A DNA stretch of 64,000 nt. Origin: Elusimicrobiota bacterium (GTDB taxonomy: Bacteria; Elusimicrobiota; Elusimicrobia; F11). Shown in pieces: positions 30,214 through 42,928 of this stretch. The notes under the pieces were generated by a model. That model was given only the letters and a program-made list of their open reading frames with translations, was not told the origin of the DNA and did no database searches. The first letter of the stretch is position 1; the number at the start of each line of letters is the position of its first letter. The position numbers and the translations under genes were made by a program. Location: contig JBGAON010000001.1 in the NCBI GenBank assembly GCA_044221725.1, positions 736,001-800,000 on the forward strand, written 5' to 3'.

Positions 30214-30929
30214 GCTCGGTGTTGGGCGTTATTCCGGCGCGTTACGCGTCGACGCGCCTTCCCGGTAAACCGCTTGCTTCAATTCTGGGGCGACCCATGG
30301 TCCGGTGGGTTTATGAGGCGGCCGCGAAAAGTTTGGACCGTGTTGTCGTAGCAACCGATGATCAACGCATTGCGCGCGTGGTGTCCAGCTTTGGCGGAAC
30401 CGCGATGATGACGCCGGCTTCGTGCGCGAGCGGTACCGAGCGCATGGCCTATGTGGCCAAAAAAATGAACGCCGATTTCTACGTGAATATTCAAGGTGAT
30501 GAGCCGATGATGAAACCGGACACGGTCAAACGAACTGTTCTTGCCGCGATAAAAAGAAAGGCGATTGCCACGCCGGTCACCGATCTGCAACCGAAAGATT
30601 TTGAAAATCCGAACGCCGTCAAAGTCGTTGTCGGCGAGGATGAGCGCGCCATCTATTTCTCGCGCTCGCTGATTCCATATCCCCGTGTGCCGTCGGCCGC
30701 GAACAAACCGGTCAAGCACATCGGGCTTTATGTTTATCCGCGGGCTTCTCTGTTCAAATTTGTTTCTTTGAAACCAACTGTTCTCGAGCGAACCGAAATG
30801 CTCGAACAATTGCGTGCAATTTATTACGGGTTGCCAATTTACGTGGCGAAGACGCGGTTTGATTCGGTGGGCGTGGACACGCCGGCCGATCTAAAAGCGG
30901 TTTCGGCTCAATTGAAAGGAGCGAAATAA
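30210..30929 (+). CDS. kdsB: CMP-Kdo synthetase
   Basis: IPARYASTRLPGKPL, NIQGDEP and LEQLRA motifs. Confidence 0.96.
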   Translation: MSSVLGVIPARYASTRLPGKPLASILGRPMVRWVYEAAAKSLDRVVVATDDQRIARVVSSFGGTAMMTPASCASGTERMAYVAKKMNADFYVNIQGDEPMMKPDTVKRTVLAAIKRKAIATPVTDLQPKDFENPNAVKVVVGEDERAIYFSRSLIPYPRVPSAANKPVKHIGLYVYPRASLFKFVSLKPTVLERTEMLEQLRAIYYGLPIYVAKTRFDSVGVDTPADLKAVSAQLKGAK

Positions 30930-33349
<2,420 letters not shown>

Positions 33350-33350
33350 A

Positions 33351-33581
33351 ATGAAACCGAACAAGGAAAATCCAAAAGACAAAAACAAGCCAGTCGCACC
33401 GACCGCGCCCGTGGAGCCGATGTGGCAGCCCACATGGAAATGGCATTTGAAAGTTTTGGGCGGCGTGTATGTGGTGCTGGCGATAGCGTATTTTGCGGTG
33501 TCGACTTTTTTAAGCCGTGTGCCGCCACCGTACAAACTTCGCGACATTCCAAAAGAAATCACGCCCTGGATGAAAAAATAA
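33351..33581 (+). CDS. Small single-TM hypothetical protein
   Basis: GAGG RBS; fills the kdsA-kdsC gap exactly; its stop overlaps the kdsC ATG. Confidence 0.65.
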   Translation: MKPNKENPKDKNKPVAPTAPVEPMWQPTWKWHLKVLGGVYVVLAIAYFAVSTFLSRVPPPYKLRDIPKEITPWMKK

Positions 33582-34123
33582 TGCCGTTGCCGAAGTCCGT
33601 GCTCGTGTCGCGGGCGAAGAAAATCAGGCTTGTTGCGATGGATATCGACGGAGTTCTAACGAATGGCGATGTGCTCGTGCTCGAATCCGGAGAAGAAGTG
33701 AAAGCATGGAACGCGAAGGACCGGTTGGTGTTGGCTTTGCTTCGTGATTCCGGAAATCCGCTGACGATTGCCTGGATCACGGGTCGCTCCTCAAACTCCG
33801 TTGTGCGCTCCGCCCTCGACCTTGGTATTCCCCACGTGATTCAGAAATGCTCGGCCAAAAAAGCAGCGCTCGAAAAAATTCTTTTGAAAACCGGCATTTC
33901 TATTTCGGAGGCGGCGTACATTGGTGACGATATTATTGATTTGCCTGTCATGAACGCGGTCGGTTTCGCTGCGTGTCCGGCCGATGCCGTGACGGACGTG
34001 AAGAGAATTTCGCATTACGTTTCTCCACTGGAGGGCGGTCGTGGCGTGGTGCGTGATGTTTTGGAATTTGTGCTACGGGCCCAGAAAAAATGGGACGACT
34101 TGCTCTCGCCTTTCTTGCGATAG
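33581..34123 (+). CDS. kdsC: Kdo-8-phosphate phosphatase
   Basis: DIDGVLT, ITGR, YIGDDIID and GGRGVVR motifs. Confidence 0.93.
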   Translation: MPLPKSVLVSRAKKIRLVAMDIDGVLTNGDVLVLESGEEVKAWNAKDRLVLALLRDSGNPLTIAWITGRSSNSVVRSALDLGIPHVIQKCSAKKAALEKILLKTGISISEAAYIGDDIIDLPVMNAVGFAACPADAVTDVKRISHYVSPLEGGRGVVRDVLEFVLRAQKKWDDLLSPFLR

Positions 34124-34704
34124 CGACGGTGTTCGGAGGGAGCGCGTGTCGCCGCTCCGCTTCTTCGTCGTCCACGACGGCTCCCGCTGCCAACGGTCGC
34201 GAGGTGTCCGAGTTGAAAATGACCGCCATGCACGTGCAATCCTACAGCGAAAGTGGGCTTGAGTGGGAAATGAACGCGCCGTTCGGCGAAGTGTTCACAC
34301 ACAAAAACATCATGCGCGTGAAGGACATGAGTGTGCAACTCTACGAGAACGGCACCAAGTCGAGCGATGTATCGGCGATGCGTGGAATTATGTCGACGGG
34401 TCCCAAGGTGGAATCCAAAACGCCGGTGGGCGGACCGACGGCCGCCGATGTGAGCTTGGACCAAGGCGATATGTATTTGGATGGTAATGTGGTCATGATA
34501 TCCACGGACGGCAGCAAACTCCTCACCGATTGGGCGCACTATCACAAGAAAACAAATTTGATCACGTCGAAGGCCCCCGTGCGCGTTGAAAGAAAAGATT
34601 CGATCACAACCGGCATCGGCATGGAAGCTTCCGCCGACATGTCCCACGTGCACATCTTCAACGAAACGCTAACAATTCCCGAACAACCGGGAGAAAAACT
34701 TTGA
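34090..34704 (+). CDS. lptC: LPS export protein LptC (lipoprotein-type N-terminus)
   Basis: GSAC lipobox; beta-jellyroll pattern GNVV..LLTD..ITSKAPV..GIGM; located after kdsC. Confidence 0.8.
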   Translation: MGRLALAFLAIATVFGGSACRRSASSSSTTAPAANGREVSELKMTAMHVQSYSESGLEWEMNAPFGEVFTHKNIMRVKDMSVQLYENGTKSSDVSAMRGIMSTGPKVESKTPVGGPTAADVSLDQGDMYLDGNVVMISTDGSKLLTDWAHYHKKTNLITSKAPVRVERKDSITTGIGMEASADMSHVHIFNETLTIPEQPGEKL

Positions 34705-35564
34705 GTAAGGACGGTGGATTAATTCCCCACCCGAACCCTCCCCATTGGCAAGGCATGGGGAGGGGCCGCCACTTTTTGGTCTCGCAAATTTCGGGAGGGA
34801 ATTTTTTTCTCTCCTCCCCACGTCTCATCAGTGGGGAGGGTAGGGTGGGGCATAAATTCATTTTCATTTCCTTTTTCCTGTTGTTTGCCGCGCGAGCCTT
34901 TGCCGTTGAAACCACGATAAAAGGTGGTCGTATGGAACTGGTGAACAAAGGCGAGTCAGTGGTGTTTTCGGAAGGTGTTCAGTTGGATCGCGGTGGAGAT
35001 CAGCTGAAGGCAAAAAAGATGAAGACGAACCGCGACCGTAGTCAGATATACGCCGAAGGGAACGTGCAGCTGTTCCGGCAAGTGAGCGCCACCGAAACCT
35101 GGCACGCGTACGGCGAAAGCGGCTATTACGACACGAAAGCCGGCGGCGGCTATTTGACGGGGCCCGAGAAAAACAAGGCGCATGTGATTCATACGGAAAT
35201 TATTACCTCGACTTCCTCCCGCGTGGTGCATTTGTACGCGTACCGAATTGATTTTTTCCGCGAGGTGAAGAACGCGTTTGCGAAAGGCGCCGTGCACGGT
35301 TCAACCGTTGACCCGAGTACCGGCGAGCAATACGAGTTCTGGTCCGACGAGGCAAATTTTGAAGGAGCAAAGAACACGCTAACGCTCACAGGTTCGCCGC
35401 AGCCGGTTGTGATTCAGACCCTTGCAACCGGAAAGCGCACCGTCAAAGGCGACAAAATTGTTTATAACACGGAACTGAAAACAATGGCGAGCGAAGGGAA
35501 CGCCGAAGCGATTTTTGAAGACGAGAAGACAGAGAAAGCGAAGGAGACGCCAAAAACGAAATGA
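34701..35564 (+). CDS. lptA: LptA/OstA-like periplasmic LPS transport protein
   Basis: Between lptC and lptB; signal h-region ending ARAFA; AEGNV and GDKIVY motifs; true start may be GTG 34845. Confidence 0.75.
   Translation: MSKDGGLIPHPNPPHWQGMGRGRHFLVSQISGGNFFLSSPRLISGEGRVGHKFIFISFFLLFAARAFAVETTIKGGRMELVNKGESVVFSEGVQLDRGGDQLKAKKMKTNRDRSQIYAEGNVQLFRQVSATETWHAYGESGYYDTKAGGGYLTGPEKNKAHVIHTEIITSTSSRVVHLYAYRIDFFREVKNAFAKGAVHGSTVDPSTGEQYEFWSDEANFEGAKNTLTLTGSPQPVVIQTLATGKRTVKGDKIVYNTELKTMASEGNAEAIFEDEKTEKAKETPKTK
34725..34850. repeat. Composite palindrome, family B copy 1
   Basis: CCCCACCC(G)AACCCTCCCCA...TGGGGAGGG and CCTCCCCA...TGGGGAGGGTAGGGTGGGG arms, shared with 63116-63232. Confidence 0.85.
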
Positions 35565-36280
35565 GCTTGATCGCCGAAAAGCTGGAAAAAACATACGGCA
35601 AACGAAAAGTCGTCAAAGGAATTTCTCTGCAGGTTTCGCCCGGAGAGATCGTTGGCTTGTTGGGGCCCAACGGCGCTGGTAAGACCACGACGTTTTACAT
35701 GATTGTTGGGCTCGTTCAGTCGGATAAAGGCACCGTCACCATGAACGGCAACAATCTCACGGGGCTTGCGATGTACAAGCGCGCCCGTTCGGGTCTCGGC
35801 TATTTGTCGCAAGAACCGTCCATTTTTCGGCAGCTCTCGGTGGAAGACAATTTGCGCGCCATTCTTGAGCATCAGCCAGGAACAAAAGGCGAGAAGGAGG
35901 AGCGCGTGAACACGCTCCTCGAGGAGTTTGGTCTTACGCGTCTGCGGTCGCAAATGGCTTCCACATTGTCCGGCGGAGAAAAACGGCGTTGCGAAATTGC
36001 GCGGGCGCTCACGACCAACCCGCAAATCCTGTTGCTCGATGAACCGTTCGTCGGAATTGATCCGATCACCGTAGCGGACATTCAAGGCATGTTGCAGTCA
36101 CTGAAAAAACGCGGACTCGGTATTTTGATTTCGGATCACAACGTTCAGGCCACGCTCGAAATTGTGGACCGCGCGAGCATTGTGTTCGAGGGTCGAATAT
36201 TGACGGAAGGGTCGTCTCAAAAATTGTTGACCGATCCGGAAGCCAGGCGTGTTTACCTTGGCGAAAAATTTAAAATTTAA
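35561..36280 (+). CDS. lptB: LPS export ABC transporter ATPase
   Basis: GPNGAGKTTTF, LSGGEKRR and LLDEPFVGIDP motifs. Confidence 0.96.
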   Translation: MSLIAEKLEKTYGKRKVVKGISLQVSPGEIVGLLGPNGAGKTTTFYMIVGLVQSDKGTVTMNGNNLTGLAMYKRARSGLGYLSQEPSIFRQLSVEDNLRAILEHQPGTKGEKEERVNTLLEEFGLTRLRSQMASTLSGGEKRRCEIARALTTNPQILLLDEPFVGIDPITVADIQGMLQSLKKRGLGILISDHNVQATLEIVDRASIVFEGRILTEGSSQKLLTDPEARRVYLGEKFKI

Positions 36281-36326
36281 TACGATTCTTGGACCACCGA
36301 CGGAAATCCAAATAACATCGGAAACT

Positions 36327-36785
36327 ATGAAAGTACTTGAATTTCTTGATCCTTCGTGTATCACGTTGGAAGTTAAAAGTTCGACCAAAAAAGAAGCGAT
36401 AGCGGAATTGTGTCAGGTGTTGTACGCCAATTCCAAAATCAAGGACGCCGAAACGGTTTTGGGCGCGCTGATGGAGCGAGAGAAGTTGGGCTCGACTGGC
36501 ATCGGCCAAGGAGTCGCGATTCCCCATGGAAAATCCGAATCCACAGCAAATCTTGTTGGCGCGCTCGGAATCTCGAAGAAAGGCGTTCAGTTTGAATCGC
36601 TCGATGGTGAACCTGTCCATGTCATCTTCATGTTGGTTGCACCGAACGATTCAACGGGGCAACATTTAAAAGCCCTTGCCCGTGTGTCCCGCCTGCTGAA
36701 AGACAAATTTTTCCGCCAAGCCATCAAAGAAGCCAAAGTGCCCGCCGACATCGAAAAAATCATCCGAGAAGAGGACGAGTACTAA
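36327..36785 (+). CDS. ptsN: PTS EIIA (Ntr/Fru type)
   Basis: REKLGSTGIGQGVAIPH and HLKALARVSR motifs. Confidence 0.9.
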   Translation: MKVLEFLDPSCITLEVKSSTKKEAIAELCQVLYANSKIKDAETVLGALMEREKLGSTGIGQGVAIPHGKSESTANLVGALGISKKGVQFESLDGEPVHVIFMLVAPNDSTGQHLKALARVSRLLKDKFFRQAIKEAKVPADIEKIIREEDEY

Positions 36786-36788
36786 CCG

Positions 36789-37745
36789 TTGAGCGAACTC
36801 ACAATAAAAGAGTTTTTTGACTCCTGCGCCAACGAGCTAAAGCTCGAGTGGGTGTCGGGACGAGCGGGGGAAACCCGCGTTGTTAATGTGAGTGAAGTAA
36901 ATCGACCGGGTCTTTCGTTTGCAGGATATTTCGAATTCTTTCGCCCGGAACGCATCCAAATATTGGGGCAAGGCGAATACGCTTATTTGCAAACGTTGGA
37001 TAACGCGCGGCGTTTGGCGATGCTCGGAAAGGTTTTCTCGTTTAAAGATCTTCCGTGTGTCATCCTCACGCATGGGCACGAACCGACCGCCGAAATCGTT
37101 GAACAATCCAATCGCAACAACATCCCTGTTTTTACCACGTCATTAACAACCGCGCATCTCGTTCGGGAGCTGTCTGTTTATTTGGAACGGCGCCTCGCTC
37201 CCATGGTCATGATGCACGGCGTGCTCACGGTCGTGTACAGCTTGGGTGTGCTGATCATGGGCGAGTCCGGTAGCGGCAAATCGGAGTGCGGTTTGGAATT
37301 GGTGAAGCGCGGGCATATTTTGGTTTCCGATGATGTTGTCGAAGTTCGTCATCACCCGGGCGACGTGTTGATCGGTTCGGCCGGCCCGCTGCTTAAGCAC
37401 TATATGGAAGTGCGCGGATTGGGCATTATCGATGTGAAACAGGTTTTTGGAGTAAGTTCGGTGAAAGACACCGCGCGCATTGAACTCATCGTGAAGCTTG
37501 AGATGCAGAAAGGCGACGGCGATTATGAGCGCATTGGACTCGAAGACCGAACCACGAATATTCTTGGTGTCCAAGTGCCCGAGGTGATTTTGCCGCTGCG
37601 TCCGGGGCGCAACGTCGCGGTATTATTGGAAGTGGCCGCGCTCAATCAGCGTCTTAAACAAGAAGGCGTGTTCGCTGCACGGGATCTGAACCAAAAACTT
37701 TTGAGCAAGATGGCCGCCTCAAAAACAAAAGGGGCAAAAGGCTGA
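36789..37745 (+). CDS. hprK: HPr kinase/phosphorylase
   Basis: NRPGL, GESGSGKSE and EVRGLGII motifs. Confidence 0.95.
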   Translation: MSELTIKEFFDSCANELKLEWVSGRAGETRVVNVSEVNRPGLSFAGYFEFFRPERIQILGQGEYAYLQTLDNARRLAMLGKVFSFKDLPCVILTHGHEPTAEIVEQSNRNNIPVFTTSLTTAHLVRELSVYLERRLAPMVMMHGVLTVVYSLGVLIMGESGSGKSECGLELVKRGHILVSDDVVEVRHHPGDVLIGSAGPLLKHYMEVRGLGIIDVKQVFGVSSVKDTARIELIVKLEMQKGDGDYERIGLEDRTTNILGVQVPEVILPLRPGRNVAVLLEVAALNQRLKQEGVFAARDLNQKLLSKMAASKTKGAKG

Positions 37746-38599
37746 GAGAGGCGTTTCATTGCATCATCGTTACCGGTCTCTCTGGCGCAGGCCGATCGGT
37801 GGCGCTCAACGCCCTGGAAGATTTGGGCATTCTCTGCGTCGATAATCTCCCGCTGCAACTGCTGCCAAAATTGGCGGACCTGTACCACGAAAGTGGAGTT
37901 TCACTCAAACAAATCGCCGTGGGCATCGACGTTCGCATTGGTGTGTTGCTCGACGAAGTCACAAAGTCGCTGCAGGATTTGTCGCGGCGCGGCATCACGT
38001 ACCAGATTTTGTTTCTCGAAGCGAAAGACGACGTGCTCATGCGTCGGTTTTCGGAAACGCGCCGTCGTCATCCCCTCGGTCTTTCGCTTGCGGGCGGAAT
38101 CCGCGAAGAGCGTCGTCGCACGCGGGCGCTGCGCGTGATTGCGGACCGGGTGATTGATACAACAAACACAAACCCGAACGAGCTGAAAGGCATCCTCGCG
38201 CGCGCTATCCGGCTGCAAAAGACGAGAAAAATGACCATTACGGTCACGTCGTTTGGTTACAAATACGGAATTCCAATCGATGCCGATATTGTGCTCGATG
38301 TTCGCTTCTTGCCCAACCCGAACTACGTTCCGAGTCTTAAGAAGCTCACGGGACTCCATCACCGGGTGTCCAAGTTTGTATTATCGCAGCGCCTTACGAG
38401 ACGTTTCCTTGAGACGGTAAAAAACATGCTGGATATGACCGTTCCGCAGTATTCGAACGAGGGGAAAAGCTATCTCACGTTAGCGATTGGATGCACCGGT
38501 GGACGACACCGCAGCGTGGCATTGGCCGAGGTGCTCAAGAATTACCTCGCGATGAAGAAATTCCCAACACGGGTTGTGCATCGCGACATTGGAGTCTAA
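37742..38599 (+). CDS. rapZ: RNase adapter RapZ/YvcJ P-loop protein
   Basis: TGLSGAGRS (upstream of the ORF-track start), CVDNLP, SETRRRHP and GCTGGRHRSV motifs; CTG start inferred. Confidence 0.92.
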   Translation: MREAFHCIIVTGLSGAGRSVALNALEDLGILCVDNLPLQLLPKLADLYHESGVSLKQIAVGIDVRIGVLLDEVTKSLQDLSRRGITYQILFLEAKDDVLMRRFSETRRRHPLGLSLAGGIREERRRTRALRVIADRVIDTTNTNPNELKGILARAIRLQKTRKMTITVTSFGYKYGIPIDADIVLDVRFLPNPNYVPSLKKLTGLHHRVSKFVLSQRLTRRFLETVKNMLDMTVPQYSNEGKSYLTLAIGCTGGRHRSVALAEVLKNYLAMKKFPTRVVHRDIGV

Positions 38600-38608
38600 A
38601 ACACAGCT

Positions 38609-39013
38609 ATGATCGGTATTTTGATTTTGACGCACGGCGCGTTTGGTGAGGATATGCTCAAAACCGCGTGCGGCATTATGCACGAGTCGGAAAAAATTGC
38701 GGCGCTGAACTTGTCGCGACGACTGGATTTTCCGACGCTGCGCAAGCGTGTTTCCGAGACGATTGAGCAGCTGAAAGCCGAAGGCGGCGTGCTCGTGCTG
38801 ATCGATGCGTACGGTGGCACGTCGTACAACACAACGTTGCCGCTTATGAACGTGCACACAATTTCGCTTGTGACCGGCGTGAACCTGCCCATGGTGTTGT
38901 CGGCGCTCACAAATCGCCACCGAATGACGCTTGATGCGCTGGCACGAAAAGTCTCGGAAGATGCGAAGAAAACAATTTCTGTTTTATCGAACACAAACGT
39001 ACCAACGAACTAA
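38609..39013 (+). CDS. PTS mannose-type EIIA
   Basis: ILILTHG, DAYGGT and GVNLPM motifs. Confidence 0.9.
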   Translation: MIGILILTHGAFGEDMLKTACGIMHESEKIAALNLSRRLDFPTLRKRVSETIEQLKAEGGVLVLIDAYGGTSYNTTLPLMNVHTISLVTGVNLPMVLSALTNRHRMTLDALARKVSEDAKKTISVLSNTNVPTN

Positions 39014-39021
39014 CCGAACCC

Positions 39022-39300
39022 ATGATTGAGAAAAATTACACCATCAGTAACCGTCTCGGCCTGCACGCGCGGCCAGCGTCCCTTTTTGTGAAAACGACCT
39101 GCCGGTTTACGAGCTCGGTAAAAATTGTGAAAGACGAACGTGAGATCGACGGCAAAAGTATCATGGGACTCTTGATGTTGGCCGCGGGCCCCGGAACAAC
39201 GCTCACGATCAAGGCCGACGGACCGGACGAAAACGACGTTTTGACCGCCCTCGATGACTTGTTCGCGCGTCGTTTCGATGACGATGCCGAAGCGGAGTAA
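39022..39300 (+). CDS. ptsH: Phosphocarrier protein HPr
   Basis: GLHARPA and KSIMGLLML motifs. Confidence 0.95.
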   Translation: MIEKNYTISNRLGLHARPASLFVKTTCRFTSSVKIVKDEREIDGKSIMGLLMLAAGPGTTLTIKADGPDENDVLTALDDLFARRFDDDAEAE

Positions 39301-39303
39301 GTT

Positions 39304-41088
39304 TTGAGCGAACAGAAAGACACCGCGCTTTATCTTCGTGGCGTCGCCGCTTCCGATGGAATCGCGATCGGGCCGGCGTTCGTCATGGAAGACGAAGACG
39401 TCGCGGTTCCACGTTGGGAAATTCCGAAAGAACGCATTAAAAGCGAAGTCGCACGCTTCCGTTACGCGCTGGGTCGTACGAAAGACGAAATGAACACGAT
39501 CCACAACAAAGCGCTCAAGGTTTTCGGTAAGTCGCACGCGAAGCTCATGGATGCGTATTTGTTGATTCTGAACGATCCGTTCCTCAACAAAGACGTGATC
39601 AAGCTCATCGAAACGCAGCATGTGAACGCTGAATATGCGCTCACGCAAATCATCGATCGCACCATCAAAGTCATGGAAAATTTCGAAGACGAATATTTCC
39701 GTGACCGCAAATACGACATTTTGGACGTCGGCCATAAGGTGCTGCGGCACTTAATGGGGCATGAGAAGAAGACGTTGCAATCCATTTCCGAGCCCTCGAT
39801 TGTGATCGCACACAATCTCACTCCAACCGATACAATGAATTTGAAAGAGCACGCAGCGATCGGTTTTGCCACGAACATCGGCGGAAAAACATCGCACGCG
39901 GCGTTGCTTGCGCAGTCGATGACAATACCTGCCGTCGTCGGTATGCGCGATGTCACCAGCCGCATTCGCACGGGCGATCTTATTATTGTTGACGGTCATG
40001 AAGGCCTCGTGATTGTGAAGCCCGATCAGGCGACACTGACGCGTTACAAGGTGGAGCAGAGCCGCCGCTTCGACGAAGAACGCCGCTTGGAAAAATTGCG
40101 CGATTTGCCCGCGCAGACAACCGACGGTCACCGTGTCACGCTGGCCGCGAACATCGAAACCTCCGAAGATGTGAAAGTGGCGTTGTCGCACGGCGCGGAG
40201 GGCATTGGTCTGTTTCGAACCGAATTTTTGTTCCTGAATCGACGTCATGCGCCCACCGAAGAAGAACAGTATCAGAGTTACCGCCAAGCGGTGCGGGCCT
40301 CGATTCCGTATCCGGTCATTGTGCGTACGCTCGACCTGGGAGGCGACAAAATGTCATCTCTTGGGATGGGCGGCGTTTCGCCCGAGGACAATCCGTTTTT
40401 GGGTTTGCGCGGAATTCGATTGTGTTTGAAATTTCCCGAGGTGTTCAAGACGCAGTTGCGCGCGATCTTGCGCGCGTCCGTTGATGGAAAAATAAAAATC
40501 ATGTACCCCATGGTGTCGGGGCTCGATGAGCTTCGTGCCGCCAACGCAATTCTTCAGGAAGTCAAAAGCGAACTCCGCCAAGCACAGATTCCGTTTGATG
40601 AAGCGCTCGAAGTCGGCATGATGGTGGAAGTGCCGTCGGCGGCGCTCGTCGTTGATATTCTCGCTCGCGAGGTCGATTTCTTTTCTATCGGAACAAACGA
40701 TTTGATTCAGTACTCGTTGGCGGTGGACCGTGTGAACGAAAATGTAGCGAACTTGTATCAGCCGCTGCATTTGGCGGTTTTGCGGCTTATCGATCAGACC
40801 GTGAAAGCGGGGCACAATATTGGAAACAAATGGGTGGGCGTGTGCGGCGAAATGGCATCGGAGCCGGAACTTGTGCCCATTCTGATTGGATTGGATATTG
40901 ACGAGCTTTCGGTTTCACCAAGCGCGGTTCCAAAAGTGAAAGAAGTGATTCGTTCCACAAGCTACGCCGATTGTGTTCAATTGACGAAAGATGTGATGAA
41001 CGCGTCGAGCGTGGAATCATCGCAGCGCATTTTGCGTCTGTTCGCGATGCAGCAGCGGCAGCAGTCGGCCCTACCCTCCGCTCTCTAA
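39304..41088 (+). CDS. ptsI: PEP-protein phosphotransferase (Enzyme I)
   Basis: [29 protein letters not shown] and CGE motifs. Confidence 0.96.
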   Translation: MSEQKDTALYLRGVAASDGIAIGPAFVMEDEDVAVPRWEIPKERIKSEVARFRYALGRTKDEMNTIHNKALKVFGKSHAKLMDAYLLILNDPFLNKDVIKLIETQHVNAEYALTQIIDRTIKVMENFEDEYFRDRKYDILDVGHKVLRHLMGHEKKTLQSISEPSIVIAHNLTPTDTMNLKEHAAIGFATNIGGKTSHAALLAQSMTIPAVVGMRDVTSRIRTGDLIIVDGHEGLVIVKPDQATLTRYKVEQSRRFDEERRLEKLRDLPAQTTDGHRVTLAANIETSEDVKVALSHGAEGIGLFRTEFLFLNRRHAPTEEEQYQSYRQAVRASIPYPVIVRTLDLGGDKMSSLGMGGVSPEDNPFLGLRGIRLCLKFPEVFKTQLRAILRASVDGKIKIMYPMVSGLDELRAANAILQEVKSELRQAQIPFDEALEVGMMVEVPSAALVVDILAREVDFFSIGTNDLIQYSLAVDRVNENVANLYQPLHLAVLRLIDQTVKAGHNIGNKWVGVCGEMASEPELVPILIGLDIDELSVSPSAVPKVKEVIRSTSYADCVQLTKDVMNASSVESSQRILRLFAMQQRQQSALPSAL

Positions 41089-41102
41089 ACGGAAACAGTT
41101 TC

Positions 41103-42887
41103 ATGCCAGACAATATTCGAAATTTCTGCATCATTGCTCACATCGACCATGGAAAGTCCACCTTGGCGGACCGCTTGCTGGAGCTCACTGGCACGGTCGC
41201 CGTGCGCGATATGCGCGGTCAAATTTTAGACGGGATGGAACTCGAGCGCGAACGCGGCATCACGATCAAAGCGAAGTCCGTGCGGATGGAATACCAGGGA
41301 AAGATTTTAAACCTCATTGATACGCCCGGACACGTGGATTTTACCTACGAAGTTTCGCGCGCCCTAAACGCATGCGAAGGCGCGCTGTTGGTCGTGGATG
41401 CCAGCCAAGGTGTTGAAGCTCAAACGATGGCAAACGCAGGCCTTGCTGCGGATGCTGGCCTAAAAATCATTACGATTATCAATAAGATCGATTTGCCGGC
41501 CGCCGATCCGGACCGCGTGCACGAAGAAGTTTTCGAGATTCTTGGTCTGGAAGACGATCCGATCTTAATCAGCGCCAAAACCGGCAACGGTGTCCCGGCC
41601 GTGCTTGACGCCATCATTAATCGCGTGCCAGCGCCCGGTGGAAACGCGGATGCGCCGGTCGCCGCTCTCTTGTTCGATTCGGTGTTCGATGTGTTCCGCG
41701 GTGTTATCGTGCACGTGCGTATGATGGAAGGCGAAGTGAAAGTCGGTGACCGTGTTCGGTTCATGGCCTCCGGCGAAGAATTTACCGTGGAAGAACTCGG
41801 TTATCTGGTAATGAAACTTCAGCCCGCGCAAAAGCTTTCGGTGGGCGAAGTCGGCTACATGATTCTCGGCATTCGCGACGCGGCGCAGGTGCACATTGGT
41901 GACACGATCACCTCGGTCGAACGCCCGACCGAAAAGGCGCTCCCGGGTTATCACGAAGTGAAACCGTTTGTTTTTTGCGGAATGTTTCCGATCAATTCGA
42001 GCGATTATCCGGTACTGAAAACGGCGCTCGAGAAACTTCATTTAACGGATTCGTCGTTTCAATACGAACCGGAAACATCGACGGCGCTGGGGTTCGGATA
42101 CCGCTGCGGGTTTCTTGGTCTTTTGCATATGGACATCATTCGCCAGCGTCTCGAACGCGAATTCGATTTAAGCTTGATCATCACGGCGCCCAACGTCATT
42201 TATCGCGTCGTTGATCAACATGGAACGACGTCCGAGGTGCACAACCCGGCGGATTTTCCGGACAGCGGCCACGAAACCGAAATCCAGGAACCGTATGTTC
42301 GCGCCACAATTCTCACACCAAGCGATTACACGGGCTCCATCATGCAATTGTGCCAAGATCGCCGCGGCATCATGATCGATATGAAATACGTGACCACCAC
42401 GCGCGTGCGGTTGCAGTACGAGTTGCCGCTCGCTGAGATTGTGGTTAACTTCTATGATCAATTGAAGTCGTTGTCGCGCGGTTACGCGTCTTTTGACTAT
42501 GAACCCGTCGGTTACCGTGCGGGTGATCTCGTGAAACTCGAGATTCTCGTTTCAGGCGAACCGTTGGACGCTTTGTCGTACGTCGTGCACAAAACGGGCG
42601 CGTACGCGTGGGGCCGGCGCATCACCGAGAAAATGAAAGAACTGATTCCACGCCAAATGTACGAAGTGCCGCTGCAGGCCCGCATCGAAGGCCGGATGAT
42701 CGCGCGCGAGACGGTGCCGGCGCTGCGCAAAGACGTGTTGGCCAAGTGCTACGGCGGCGATATCTCGCGCAAACGCAAACTTTTGGAAAAACAAAAAGAA
42801 GGCAAGAAACGTATGAAGCAATTCGGGACCGTCGAGATTCCTCAGGAAGCGTTTCTTGCGGTTCTGAAGCTGTCGGAAGATCAGTGA
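41103..42887 (+). CDS. lepA: Elongation factor 4
   Basis: [20 protein letters not shown] and [18 protein letters not shown] motifs. Confidence 0.97.
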   Translation: MPDNIRNFCIIAHIDHGKSTLADRLLELTGTVAVRDMRGQILDGMELERERGITIKAKSVRMEYQGKILNLIDTPGHVDFTYEVSRALNACEGALLVVDASQGVEAQTMANAGLAADAGLKIITIINKIDLPAADPDRVHEEVFEILGLEDDPILISAKTGNGVPAVLDAIINRVPAPGGNADAPVAALLFDSVFDVFRGVIVHVRMMEGEVKVGDRVRFMASGEEFTVEELGYLVMKLQPAQKLSVGEVGYMILGIRDAAQVHIGDTITSVERPTEKALPGYHEVKPFVFCGMFPINSSDYPVLKTALEKLHLTDSSFQYEPETSTALGFGYRCGFLGLLHMDIIRQRLEREFDLSLIITAPNVIYRVVDQHGTTSEVHNPADFPDSGHETEIQEPYVRATILTPSDYTGSIMQLCQDRRGIMIDMKYVTTTRVRLQYELPLAEIVVNFYDQLKSLSRGYASFDYEPVGYRAGDLVKLEILVSGEPLDALSYVVHKTGAYAWGRRITEKMKELIPRQMYEVPLQARIEGRMIARETVPALRKDVLAKCYGGDISRKRKLLEKQKEGKKRMKQFGTVEIPQEAFLAVLKLSEDQ

Positions 42888-42928
42888 GTTCATCGGGCGA
42901 CGATTCAAAATATAAACGGGAGAAATAA

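Noticed and set aside
34725..34850. Palindromic repeats as a CRISPR array or IS ends
   Set aside because: No regular repeat-spacer series, cas gene or transposase is present
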